A program made the position numbers and the translations under genes. DNA of 64,000 nucleotides from Hyphomicrobiaceae bacterium. GTDB taxonomy: Bacteria; Pseudomonadota; Alphaproteobacteria; Rhizobiales; Hyphomicrobiaceae. Shown one piece after another: positions 39,858 through 48,812 of the stretch. The DNA is taken from assembly GCA_041687075.1 (NCBI GenBank), contig JAWLCO010000006.1, positions 243-64,242 on the forward strand, given 5' to 3'. The notes under the pieces were generated by a model. It was not told the origin of the DNA and did no database searches. It worked only from the letters and a program-made list of their open reading frames with translations. How positions within the stretch are numbered: position 1 is the first letter of the stretch; the number at the start of each line of letters is the position of its first letter.

Positions 39858-41075
39858 ATGCAGCCCTTCCTGCCGCCGCTTCTCGTGGTGCTGGTGCCGC
39901 TTGTCGGCATGTCGGCGCTACACCTGTTCCTGCCCGTCGTTGCGCCGGCGATGATGGCGGCAGCCGGCGTCGATCCGACGGCTTACGGCTGGATTGCGGG
40001 TGCGGCGGGGCTCGGGTCGATCTGGCTCTACATGTCGAACCACGGCATCACGCCGGCGCTCGGGCCGGTGCGGACGCTGCAGGCCGGTGTTCTTATCGGG
40101 CTTGCCGGCGCGACACTCGCCATGACGGCAGTCCTGCCGGCGATGGTGGCCGGCGCCGTGCTGCTCGGCTTCGGTTATTCGACCTCAACCCCCGGCGGCA
40201 GCCAGATTCTCGCCGACCAGACTCCCAGATCGCACTGGTCGATGCTGTTCTCCCTGCGGCAGGCGGGCGTGCCGCTCGGCGGCGTCATCGCGGGCGGGCT
40301 CGGCGGCTGGCTCATATCGCAGCTCGGGTGGCGGCCTGCTTTCGGGCTGGTCGGCCTGGTTTGCCTGACGCTTTGTGCTCCGCTGCTGACGGCACCCCGC
40401 CACTACAACACGATCCGGCCACTGAAGCCGTTTCGGGTCTCATCGATCTTCGCGCCGTCCAATCTTCAGCGCCCGTTCCGGGCGCTGGGTCTCGCGCCGG
40501 GGCTCGTCCGGCTCGCGGTCGCCTGCGTCGGCTTCGCGACCGTCCAAAGCGCCTGCTTTTCGTTTTTCGTCATCTATCTGCACGCCGGTCTCGGCTACGG
40601 GCTGGCCCTTGCCGGAAGTTTGTTCGCCGCGCTGCAGGCGGCGAGCGTGCTGGGACGGATCGCGTTCGGCTTCGTAGCCGACCGCCTCGGTTCGCCGCGC
40701 CCGGTGCTGATGGTGCTCGCGGCCTGCTCCGCGGGTTCAGCATTGCTCATCGCGGCGCTCGGGCCGGGGCACGGGCCTCTGTTCCTGTTCGGCGTATCAG
40801 CCCTCGTCGGCGCGTCGGTCGCGACCTGGAACGGACTCTATCTCGCAGAAGCGGCAAGCCTCGCGCCGCCCGAGTCGGTGAGCGAGGCGACGGCCGGCAC
40901 GACGTTCTTCGTGTTCCTGACATACACGGTGACGCCGCCGGTCTTCGGTGCACTGATCAACGCGTTCGGATACGAGGCCGCATTCGTGGCCGCTGCGGTG
41001 GGGGCGGCGAGCTCGGGGGTGGTGTTGTTGCTGGGGCGGCGGTCGGAGCCCTTGTCCCAGCATGATTACCATTGA
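39858..41075 (+). CDS. MFS transporter
   Basis: About 405 aa with roughly 12 hydrophobic segments. Start taken at MQPFLPPLLVVLVPLV; the upstream part of the ORF is not coding-like. Confidence 0.8.
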   Translation: MQPFLPPLLVVLVPLVGMSALHLFLPVVAPAMMAAAGVDPTAYGWIAGAAGLGSIWLYMSNHGITPALGPVRTLQAGVLIGLAGATLAMTAVLPAMVAGAVLLGFGYSTSTPGGSQILADQTPRSHWSMLFSLRQAGVPLGGVIAGGLGGWLISQLGWRPAFGLVGLVCLTLCAPLLTAPRHYNTIRPLKPFRVSSIFAPSNLQRPFRALGLAPGLVRLAVACVGFATVQSACFSFFVIYLHAGLGYGLALAGSLFAALQAASVLGRIAFGFVADRLGSPRPVLMVLAACSAGSALLIAALGPGHGPLFLFGVSALVGASVATWNGLYLAEAASLAPPESVSEATAGTTFFVFLTYTVTPPVFGALINAFGYEAAFVAAAVGAASSGVVLLLGRRSEPLSQHDYH

Positions 41076-41270
41076 GGCCACTCGGGGGCATCTGACGCCC
41101 GACTGGCCCTCGACCAAGCGAATGCGCCGAAACCGTGGCCGTTTTATCACGCCACTGAGCTGATTGGTTGGTTACGTAAGCAACGATCTTCCGCCTTTCG
41201 GAAGCTCGAATATACTCGGTCCGTTAAATTGCTAACTTTTTGAGTAACGACCTTTCGCGGAGGAGGGGGC

Positions 41271-42080
41271 ATGCGTTTAGCACTATCGACTGTGGCACTC
41301 GTAGCTTGCACGAGCCTTGCCAGCGCGGCGGATCTGGGTGGGCCGTACGGGTATGATGGATCGATCAAGGATGGGCCGTATGCGGCGCCTGCGTACAATT
41401 GGAGTGGGCTATACTTCGGCGGACATACCGGCTTGGCTACAGGGGAGTGGGATGGAAGGACCCAAGGTGGCAATGATGCGCAGCCAACCAGCGGGGGCTA
41501 CCTGGATCCGCATAAGACGCTAGATGGCGACGGCTGGCTAGGCGGCGCACAGGTCGGCTACAACTGGCAGCATGGCAGCCTGGTTTTCGGGGTTGAGGCT
41601 GACATCTCGTGGACCGATCTCGATGGCCACTGGGATGGCGTCACGGATGACGACGGTAGCACCTCTGAATGGGACAAGGGCTACGATATCTCTCTGGAGT
41701 ACTTTGGAACGGCTCGTATCCGCGTGGGCTATGCAGGCGGCCGCTTCATGCCATACATCACAGGCGGCTTCGCATGGGCGAAGACGAGTGGCGACATATC
41801 CAGCGCGTACTACAATCAGAACGGCACCAACTACGTTGGCACCTCTTACGCCTCAGTGGATGAGACTCACACCGGCTGGGTGGTCGGCGCGGGCGCCGAG
41901 CTGATGCTCGCCAGCGGCTGGACAGCGAGAGCCGAATGGCTGCACATCGACCTCGGTGAGGAAGATTACCACTTCACGGGCAAAACTTATGCGGGCGATG
42001 ATTGGAACGACGACAAGTTCCCTGCTGACCTGACCTTCGACGTCTTCCGTATTGGCGTAAACTATAAGTTCGGCCACTGA
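41271..42080 (+). CDS. Outer-membrane beta-barrel protein (Omp25/Omp31/RopB-like)
   Basis: Signal peptide MRLALSTVALVACTSLASA, alternating aromatic beta-strand pattern, and the C-terminal FRIGVNYKFGH typical of this Rhizobiales porin family. Confidence 0.85.
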   Translation: MRLALSTVALVACTSLASAADLGGPYGYDGSIKDGPYAAPAYNWSGLYFGGHTGLATGEWDGRTQGGNDAQPTSGGYLDPHKTLDGDGWLGGAQVGYNWQHGSLVFGVEADISWTDLDGHWDGVTDDDGSTSEWDKGYDISLEYFGTARIRVGYAGGRFMPYITGGFAWAKTSGDISSAYYNQNGTNYVGTSYASVDETHTGWVVGAGAELMLASGWTARAEWLHIDLGEEDYHFTGKTYAGDDWNDDKFPADLTFDVFRIGVNYKFGH

Positions 42081-42191
42081 CGTCGGGCTATCCCTCTGTT
42101 TGACCCGGCCGGGCCCATGCTCGGCCGGAGTCGTCTGGGATCAACCCTGTGATCAGACGGCTGAACCGGCGCACCGCTCGGGAAGGTCCGG

Positions 42192-43088
42192 TCAATCCCA
42201 ACCCTTTACCCGCGCCTCCACCTCCGGGTCGAGCATCTCGCTCGACATCCGTGCGCCGAGACCCGCCTCGACCAGCCGGCCGTAGGCCGCCTGCATCACT
42301 TCTTGAATCGCCTTCCCATCGGGATCATCCGCAAATAGGGGCGCCGCGTAGGTGACGTCCTTGTGGCAATTGCCGATGGAGAACTTGTTGCGTGTGTAGT
42401 CGCCAGCGAGAGCTCCCTGCACGAACTGATCGAGCACGCGGGATCCGGCAGTGCCCTGGCTTGCCAGCCGGTAGAGCTGCGCCTCGTCGATGCCGCTGCG
42501 CCGGGCGGCGCGGAAGGTCTGGGTCACGAGCTGGCGCAGGCCGACGGTCAGGAAGTTGTTCAGCAGCTTGGCCTTGTTGCCCGCGCCGACAGGTCCGAAG
42601 TGAGCCACGTCGGCGCTGTAGGCCTGCAGGATGGGTTTGGCCCGCTGCAAATCGGTCTCCGAGCCTCCGGCGAACGTGCCGAGCTTGCCTCCGGCTGCCT
42701 GGGGCGGACCGCCGACAACCGGAGCATCGATGAATGTCACGCCCCTGGCCGCCGCCTCGGCGGCAAGCATTTCCGAGGTCTCGGGCTTCGAGGTCGTGAT
42801 GTCGATGATCATTTTGCCCGCATCCATGGCGGGCAGCATCTGGCGGACAAGCTCGGCTACGGTATCCGCGCTGTTCACGCAGATCATGACGACCTCGGCG
42901 CTTGCCGCCAGCTCACGAGCGTCCTTCGCTTCCTGAGCGCCGCGGTTGAGCAGATCATCGATGCGCGTGCGGTTGCGATGGGCGATAACGCTCAGCGGGT
43001 ACCCGGCCCTGATCAGGTTGAGGCAGATGCCATGGCCCATCATGCCGGCGCCGATGAACCCGATCTTCACCTGAGGACCGCCCGACAT
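42192..43088 (-). CDS. NAD(P)-dependent beta-hydroxyacid dehydrogenase (3-hydroxyisobutyrate dehydrogenase family)
   Basis: KIGFIGAGMMGHGICLNL Rossmann motif and a 6PGD-like C-terminal domain. Start trimmed to MSGGPQVK so that it does not overlap the tRNA. Confidence 0.85.
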   Translation of the reverse strand: MSGGPQVKIGFIGAGMMGHGICLNLIRAGYPLSVIAHRNRTRIDDLLNRGAQEAKDARELAASAEVVMICVNSADTVAELVRQMLPAMDAGKMIIDITTSKPETSEMLAAEAAARGVTFIDAPVVGGPPQAAGGKLGTFAGGSETDLQRAKPILQAYSADVAHFGPVGAGNKAKLLNNFLTVGLRQLVTQTFRAARRSGIDEAQLYRLASQGTAGSRVLDQFVQGALAGDYTRNKFSIGNCHKDVTYAAPLFADDPDGKAIQEVMQAAYGRLVEAGLGARMSSEMLDPEVEARVKGWD

Positions 43089-43115
43089 CGAAGCCCTCCC
43101 ACTGGCAGCCGGAAA

Positions 43116-43190
43116 TGGTGGGCGGTGAGAGGATCGAACTCCCGACATCCTCGGTGTAAACGAGGCGCTCTACCGCTGAGCTAACCGCCC
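43116..43190 (-). tRNA. tRNA-Val (anticodon UAC)
   Basis: The minus strand reads GGGCGGTTAGCTCAGCGGTAGAGCGCCTCGTTTACACCGAGGATGTCGGGAGTTCGATCCTCTCACCGCCCACCA. It folds as a cloverleaf with a 7-bp acceptor stem, anticodon loop TTTACAC, T-loop TTCGATC and an encoded CCA. Confidence 0.95.
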
Positions 43191-43249
43191 ACGAGAGGGG
43201 CTTCTAACCCGGCTGGCGCCAGTTGAAAAGCGTCTGGAGCGACAAGCCC

Positions 43250-43504
43250 CTACTGCCGCATGCACATCCTGAAGAAGGCCATGTTCGGGCAGTAGTGCGA
43301 CGGGTCCGCGGCTTCGGGGATGCCATCGAGCCACTGACGGCATTTTCGGCTCGAGGGGCACAGGATGCACTTGGTGCGGGCCTGCGCGAAGGAGGCGCCG
43401 TGCTGGTGGCGTGCAGCCGCAACGGGATCGACGCCAAGCCGCTCCATCAACTCGCCCATAAGCTGGGCCTGCCGCTCGACGTGGCGGCACATCGACCAAC
43501 GCAT
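43250..43504 (-). CDS. Small Cys-containing protein (DUF6455-like)
   Basis: 84 aa starting at MRWSMCRHVERQAQLMGELMERLGVDP...CILCPSSRKCRQWLDG...CPNMAFF. SD sequence GGAGGA lies upstream. Family assignment is from memory. Confidence 0.55.
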   Translation of the reverse strand: MRWSMCRHVERQAQLMGELMERLGVDPVAAARHQHGASFAQARTKCILCPSSRKCRQWLDGIPEAADPSHYCPNMAFFRMCMRQ

Positions 43505-43706
43505 GACAGTCCTCCAGGTCCACGCCCTCACCGGGCAAGCCGGATCAGAATCCGGTGGCCACAGCGCCTGCCGATTGACCTGGATCAAGGGGAACCCGCG
43601 GCAAAAACGCCATCATGCTGCGCTTTGGCTTAGCGGCTGGTTCTGTGCGCTGGATCGGGTAGGATTCGGCCCCGAGTCGATCTCGTAACCAGGAGGAACC
43701 AGTTCC

Positions 43707-45005
43707 ATGTCCGACCAGCCTGGCACCGGCACCCCAGGGTTCGCTACGCTTGCCATTCATGCAGGCGCTGCCCCGGACCCGTCGACCGGCGCGCGCGTGA
43801 CGCCGATCTACCAAACGACCTCGTACGTCTTCAACGATGCAGACCATGCCGCCGCGCTGTTCGGCCTCGAGGCGTTCGGCAACATCTACACCCGCATCAT
43901 GAACCCGACCCAGGCCGTGCTCGAGTCGCGGGTGGCCGCGCTCGAAGGCGGCACCGCGGCGCTGGCGGTGGCCTCGGGCCACGCGGCGCAGTTCCTGGTG
44001 TTCCACACGCTGCTCGAGCCGGGTGACGAGTTCGTTGCAGGCCGGCAGCTCTATGGCGGCTCGGTCAACCAGTTCAATCACTCGTTCAAGAAGTTCAACT
44101 GGAACGTGGTCTGGGCCGATTCCACCGATCCGGAGAGCTTCGCCCGCGCAGTCACGCCGAAGACCAAGGCGATCTTCGTCGAGTCCATCGCCAACCCCGG
44201 CGGCATCGTCGTCGACCTGCCGGCGATCGCGGCAGTGGCCAAGAAGGCCGGCGTGCCGTTGATCGTCGACAATACGTTCGCGACACCCTACCTGTGCCGG
44301 CCAAAGGATCATGGTGCCGACATCGTCGTGCACTCGCTGACGAAGTTCATGGGCGGCCACGGCAACTCGGTCGGCGGCGTGATCGTCGACTGCGGCACCT
44401 ACGACTGGCTGGGTTCCAGGCACCGCTACAAGACGCTGGTCGAACCGAACGCGTCCTACAACGGGATGAAGCTCGCCGAGACCTTCGGCAACTTCGCCTT
44501 TGCCATTGCGGCGCGCGTGATGGGCCTGCGCGACCTCGGGCCGGCGATCTCGCCGATGAACGCCTTCCTCATCCTCACCGGCATCGAGACGCTGCCGCTG
44601 CGCATGGCGCGCCATTGCGAGAACGCGCAGGCCGTGGCCGAGCACCTGGCCAAACATCCCAAGGTGGCCTGGGTGAACTACGCCGGTCTGCCATCGGACA
44701 AGAGCCATGAGGTGGCTAAGCGAATCTGCCCGAACGGTGCGGGCTCCGTGTTCACGTTCGGGCTCAAGGGCGGTTACGACGCGGGCGTCAAGCTGGTCGC
44801 CAACCTGAAGCTCTTCTCGCACCTCGCCAATGTCGGCGATACACGCAGCCTCGTCATCCATCCGGCGTCAACGACGCACCGGCAGCTCACGGACGAGCAA
44901 CGCATCGCAGCCGGCGCCGGCCCCGATGTGGTTCGCCTGTCCATTGGCCTCGAAGACAAGGCCGATATCATTGCCGACTTGGATCAGGCATTGGCAGCGG
45001 CTTGA
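43707..45005 (+). CDS. metY: O-acetylhomoserine aminocarboxypropyltransferase (sulfhydrylase)
   Basis: 432 aa Cys/Met-metabolism PLP enzyme with TPIYQTTSYVF, NPT and the PLP-lysine context HSLTKFMGGHG. Confidence 0.9.
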   Translation: MSDQPGTGTPGFATLAIHAGAAPDPSTGARVTPIYQTTSYVFNDADHAAALFGLEAFGNIYTRIMNPTQAVLESRVAALEGGTAALAVASGHAAQFLVFHTLLEPGDEFVAGRQLYGGSVNQFNHSFKKFNWNVVWADSTDPESFARAVTPKTKAIFVESIANPGGIVVDLPAIAAVAKKAGVPLIVDNTFATPYLCRPKDHGADIVVHSLTKFMGGHGNSVGGVIVDCGTYDWLGSRHRYKTLVEPNASYNGMKLAETFGNFAFAIAARVMGLRDLGPAISPMNAFLILTGIETLPLRMARHCENAQAVAEHLAKHPKVAWVNYAGLPSDKSHEVAKRICPNGAGSVFTFGLKGGYDAGVKLVANLKLFSHLANVGDTRSLVIHPASTTHRQLTDEQRIAAGAGPDVVRLSIGLEDKADIIADLDQALAAA

Positions 45006-45171
45006 GCGAATGGCGAATAGCGAATAGCGAATTGGGGCGACGCGGAGAGGCAGGGAACCGGCCGCTGCCACCCGCTCGCCCAGCTCAGATCGAATTGACT
45101 GCGCACCGCTTCGTGCTGCGCCGCGGGAAGAGTGCCTTTGCTATTCGCTACTTCGCTACTTCGCTATTCGC
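45006..45171. repeat. Heptamer-array palindrome, copy 3 (long-spacer variant)
   Basis: Left arm GCGAATGG CGAATAG CGAATAG CGAATTGGGG, a 103-nt spacer, then right arm CTATTCG CTACTTCG CTACTTCG CTATTCGC. It fills the gap between the convergent metY and phaC stops. Confidence 0.85.
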
Positions 45172-45174
45172 TTC

Positions 45175-47004
45175 TCAACCCTTCGCCCTGACGTAGCTGC
45201 CCGGAGCATCTTCGATGATGCCCAGCACGGCACCTGGCTCGCGGGCGGGGATGCGTTTGCCGGAGTGCCTGGCCAGCCATTTGGCCCAGTGTGGCCACCA
45301 GGAGCCCGGCGTTTCCTTGGCGGCGGCGATCCACTCCTCGAGCGTGTCGGCGGGCTTCTTGTTGGTCCAGAACTGATACTTCGTGCGCTTCGGGTTCGGC
45401 GGATTGACGACGCCGGCGATATGGCCTGAACCGGCCAGCACGAACTCTACGGGTCCACCGAACAGCTTCGAGCCAACGAACACGGACTTCGCCGGCGCGA
45501 TGTGGTCCTCGCGGGTGGCCAGCTCGTAGATCGGCACCTTCACCTTCTTCAGATCGAGCCGCGTGCCGGCGATCCTCATCTCGCCCTTGGCGAGCTTGTT
45601 CTCGTGATAGAACTCGCGCAGGTAGAAGCGGTGATTGGCCGCCGGCATGCGCGTGGAGTCCTGGTTCCAGTAGAGCAGGTCGAACGGGAACGGCTTCTTG
45701 CCGAGCAGGTAGTTGTTGACGATGTAGGGCCAGATCAGGTCCTTCGGCCGCAGCATGTTGAAGACGGTCGCCATGCGCGAGCCGTCGAGATAGCCGCGCT
45801 CGGCCATCATTTCCTCGAGCGCCTTCAACTGCGTGTCGTCGATGAAGACGAGCAGGTCGCCGGCATGGTTGAAGTCCGCCTGGGCCGCAAGGAACGTCGC
45901 TGAGCGGTAGAGCTCTTCGCCACGCGCCGCCAGATAGGCAAGCGTTGTGGCCAGAAGCGTGCCGCCGACGCAGTAGCCGGCGACATTGATCTTTTCCTGA
46001 CCGGTCTCGCGCATGACGGCGTGCGTCGCCGCCAGCGCCCCCTCGGTCATGTAATCCTCGAACGTCTTGTCCTTGAGCCGCTCGTCGGGATTGACCCAGG
46101 AGACCACGAAGACGGTAAACCCCTGGTCGACGGCGAACCTGATGAACGACTTGGGCTGTGTCAGGTCGAGGATGTAGTACTTGTTGATCCACGGCGGGAT
46201 GATGAGCAGCGGCGTCTGGTGGACCGTTTCAGTCGTCGGCGTGTACTGGATCAGTTGAAACAGCTCGTTCTGGAATACGACCTTGCCCGGGGTGACGGCG
46301 AGATTACGGCCCACCTCGAAGGCGTCGAGGTCCGTCTGCCGGATCCTCAGCAGATCGCCAGAGCTTTCCATGTCCTCGGCCAGGTGCTGCAGGCCCTGAA
46401 CGAGGTTCCGGCCGCTGGTGGCCAGCGTCTCGCGCAATACCTCCGGATTCGTCGCCGGGAAGTTCGATGGTGAGAGCGCGCTCAGAAGCTGCTCGAGGTA
46501 GAACTCGGCCCGCATCCGCGTGCGCTCGTCAATTCCGTCTGTCTTCTGCAGCACGGATTCAGCCCAGTGCGCCGTCAGCAGATAGATCTGCTTCCAGTAG
46601 TCGAAATAGGGACTCTCGGACCATTCAGGGTCCTTGAACCGGTTGTCGCCGGCCTCCGGCCTTGCAATCGGCTCGACGTCCTCGCCGAACGTCCGGCGGA
46701 TCGTCGACTGCCACAGGTCGAAATAGCCGCGCACCAGCTCACCCTGGGCTTCGGCAAGGCGCGCCGGGTCGCTGAACCAGAAGCTGGCGATCGCGCCCAT
46801 GGCCTTCGCCGCCTCCGTCATCTCGTTGACGGCGGAGTAGGGGCCGCGCTGCGTGTCGGCTCGTTCAGCGAGCTGGGCCACGACCTTGCCACCTTGCTCG
46901 AACAGCTTGAGCAGGTTCAGCGCCAGCTCCTCGGGATTCTCGAGCTTGTAGGCCGTAAGGTCCGGCCGGGCTTCAGGGTTCGGCTTCTGCATGGTTGCCT
47001 GCAC
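45175..47004 (-). CDS. phaC: Class I poly(3-hydroxyalkanoate) synthase
   Basis: 609 aa with the lipase-box-like GYCVGGTLL, the conserved N-terminal PhaC region and an alpha/beta-hydrolase core. Confidence 0.95.
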   Translation of the reverse strand: MQATMQKPNPEARPDLTAYKLENPEELALNLLKLFEQGGKVVAQLAERADTQRGPYSAVNEMTEAAKAMGAIASFWFSDPARLAEAQGELVRGYFDLWQSTIRRTFGEDVEPIARPEAGDNRFKDPEWSESPYFDYWKQIYLLTAHWAESVLQKTDGIDERTRMRAEFYLEQLLSALSPSNFPATNPEVLRETLATSGRNLVQGLQHLAEDMESSGDLLRIRQTDLDAFEVGRNLAVTPGKVVFQNELFQLIQYTPTTETVHQTPLLIIPPWINKYYILDLTQPKSFIRFAVDQGFTVFVVSWVNPDERLKDKTFEDYMTEGALAATHAVMRETGQEKINVAGYCVGGTLLATTLAYLAARGEELYRSATFLAAQADFNHAGDLLVFIDDTQLKALEEMMAERGYLDGSRMATVFNMLRPKDLIWPYIVNNYLLGKKPFPFDLLYWNQDSTRMPAANHRFYLREFYHENKLAKGEMRIAGTRLDLKKVKVPIYELATREDHIAPAKSVFVGSKLFGGPVEFVLAGSGHIAGVVNPPNPKRTKYQFWTNKKPADTLEEWIAAAKETPGSWWPHWAKWLARHSGKRIPAREPGAVLGIIEDAPGSYVRAKG

Positions 47005-47257
47005 GTCCGGGCTTGCCAGGGGCTGATTGGCGGAAAGTTCACGATACCCCGGGACCTAACGTGTCCGAATCGTCACAATTTATCGTAACCAAAGATAGTG
47101 TCGCGAGCGGACGTGTGCCAGCGGCCCAGCAATTGCTTCTGAATCGGGTAACCTCGAGCGCAGGACCGGATTGGAAGCAATGAGGAGTTGTGACACGAGC
47201 ATCGCGCATCGTGCGCCGAGGCTGACCGGCGGACTGCTCCGCGGAAACTTCCCGAGG

Positions 47258-47470
47258 ATGAGCCTGCTGCTGTCCGCTGTGCTTCTCGCCGGCTGTTCGC
47301 CCAGCAACTCGACCAGGCTGCCCGAGCTGTCCTCGATTCCGCGCCGGCTCCTGTCTGCCGAAGAGCAGAAGAAGGCGGTCGATGCGCTCCAGGAGCGGCG
47401 CGAGACCCATCGCGAGGAGGCGATCGAGGAGATCAAGAGCGCGAAGGCCCGCTCACCAGCGCAACGGTGA
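47258..47470 (+). CDS. Small putative lipoprotein
   Basis: Lipobox in MSLLLSAVLLAGCSP. High GC3 throughout and a charged helical C-terminus. Upstream in-frame ATGs (47171, 47180) are possible alternative starts. Confidence 0.55.
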   Translation: MSLLLSAVLLAGCSPSNSTRLPELSSIPRRLLSAEEQKKAVDALQERRETHREEAIEEIKSAKARSPAQR

Positions 47471-47577
47471 GTGCTCGGCTCGTTCCTGCTGCACCAGCGC
47501 TGGACGAGCAGAAGGAAACGATCGTAAAGACGAATGGCGAACATTGTCTCGAGTTGACCAACCGATGAGATGATCCC

Positions 47578-48804
47578 GTGACCGACGACTTCCATCGCAT
47601 CAAGCGCCTGCCGCCCTATGTCTTCGCCGAGGTCAACCGCCTCAAGGCAGACGCACGCGCCGTTGGTGCCGACATCATCGATCTCGGCATGGGCAATCCG
47701 GACATGCCGACGCCGCAGCACATCATCGACAAGCTCGTCGAGACGGTGAACAAGCCGCGCACCCACCGCTACTCCGCCTCCAAGGGCATCCCGGGCTTGA
47801 GGCGTGCGCAGGCGGCCTACTACGAGCGGCGCTTCGGGGTGAGGCTCAACCCGGAGACGCAGGTGGTGGCGACGCTCGGCTCCAAGGAGGGCTTCGCCAA
47901 CATGGCCCAGGCGATCACCGCGCCGGGCGACGTCATCCTGGTGCCGAACCCGACCTATCCGATCCACGAGTTCGGCTTCATCATTTCGGGCGCTGCCATC
48001 CGCCACATTCCGGCAAGCAACGGGCCGGAGTTCCTGCGCGGGGTCGAGCGGGCGGCGAAGCACTCCATCCCGAAGCCCTTGGCGATGGTGCTGAGCTATC
48101 CCTCGAACCCCACGGCAATGACGGCGGACCTCGACTTCTATGCAGAGGCCGTGCAGCTCGCGAAGCGGCTGGGGCTCATCATCCTGTCGGACCTCGCCTA
48201 CTCGGAGATCTATTTCGACGACAACCCGCCGCCGTCGGTGCTGCAGGTGCCGGGTGCCATGGATGTCACCGTCGAGTTCACGTCGCTCTCGAAGACCTAC
48301 AACATGCCCGGTTGGCGCATGGGCTTTGCAGTCGGCAACGAGCGCTTGATCGCGGCGCTGGCCAGGGTGAAGTCCTATCTCGACTACGGCGCCTTCACGC
48401 CCGTGCAGGTGGCGGCTGCAGCGGCGCTCAACGGTCCGCAGGAGTGCGTTGCGGAGATCCGGCAGGTCTACAAGAGCCGCCGCGATACTCTGGTCGAAAG
48501 CTTCTCCCGAGCCGGATGGGACATTCCCGCTCCGCCCGCCACCATGTTCGCCTGGGCGCCGATCCCGGAGCCTTACCGCGACATCGGCTCGGTTGAATTC
48601 GCCAAGCTGCTGATAGAAAAGGCGGACGTTGCCGTTTCGCCGGGGCTCGGATTCGGCGAGTACGGCGAGGGCTACGTGCGCATCGCGCTGGTGGAGAACG
48701 AGCACCGGATCCGTCAGGCGGCGCGCAATATCAGGAAATTCCTGTCGCAGCCGCCCGAGGTGATGCACAACATCATCCCCATGCAACAGAAGGCGTCCGG
48801 TTAG
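47578..48804 (+). CDS. Class I/II PLP-dependent aminotransferase (AlaC/alanine transaminase-like)
   Basis: RLPPYVFAEVNRLK, GMGNPD and the PLP-lysine context SLSKTYNMPGWR. GTG start. Confidence 0.9.
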   Translation: MTDDFHRIKRLPPYVFAEVNRLKADARAVGADIIDLGMGNPDMPTPQHIIDKLVETVNKPRTHRYSASKGIPGLRRAQAAYYERRFGVRLNPETQVVATLGSKEGFANMAQAITAPGDVILVPNPTYPIHEFGFIISGAAIRHIPASNGPEFLRGVERAAKHSIPKPLAMVLSYPSNPTAMTADLDFYAEAVQLAKRLGLIILSDLAYSEIYFDDNPPPSVLQVPGAMDVTVEFTSLSKTYNMPGWRMGFAVGNERLIAALARVKSYLDYGAFTPVQVAAAAALNGPQECVAEIRQVYKSRRDTLVESFSRAGWDIPAPPATMFAWAPIPEPYRDIGSVEFAKLLIEKADVAVSPGLGFGEYGEGYVRIALVENEHRIRQAARNIRKFLSQPPEVMHNIIPMQQKASG

Positions 48805-48812
48805 GCTCGCAC

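Noticed and set aside
39470-41065. 531-aa plus-strand ORF in an alternative frame of the MFS region
   Set aside because: The translation is Arg/Gly/Ala-rich with no TM segments. The other frame (39858-41075) gives a clean 12-TM MFS profile.
43089-43249. Genomic island integrated at tRNA-Val
   Set aside because: There is no integrase, no direct repeat of the tRNA 3' end and no compositional shift on either side. The flanking genes look like ordinary chromosomal genes.
43505-43706. Possible SAM-II (metA-type) riboswitch in the metY leader
   Set aside because: GCGCUUUGGCUUAGCGG resembles the 5' part of SAM-II. I could not find the A-rich AAAGC pseudoknot or triplex partner downstream, and I cannot fold a convincing H-type pseudoknot by eye. 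cmsearch with RF00521, RF01826 and RF01727 would settle it.
43545-44861. 438-aa minus-strand ORF
   Set aside because: It is antisense to metY and is a shadow ORF.
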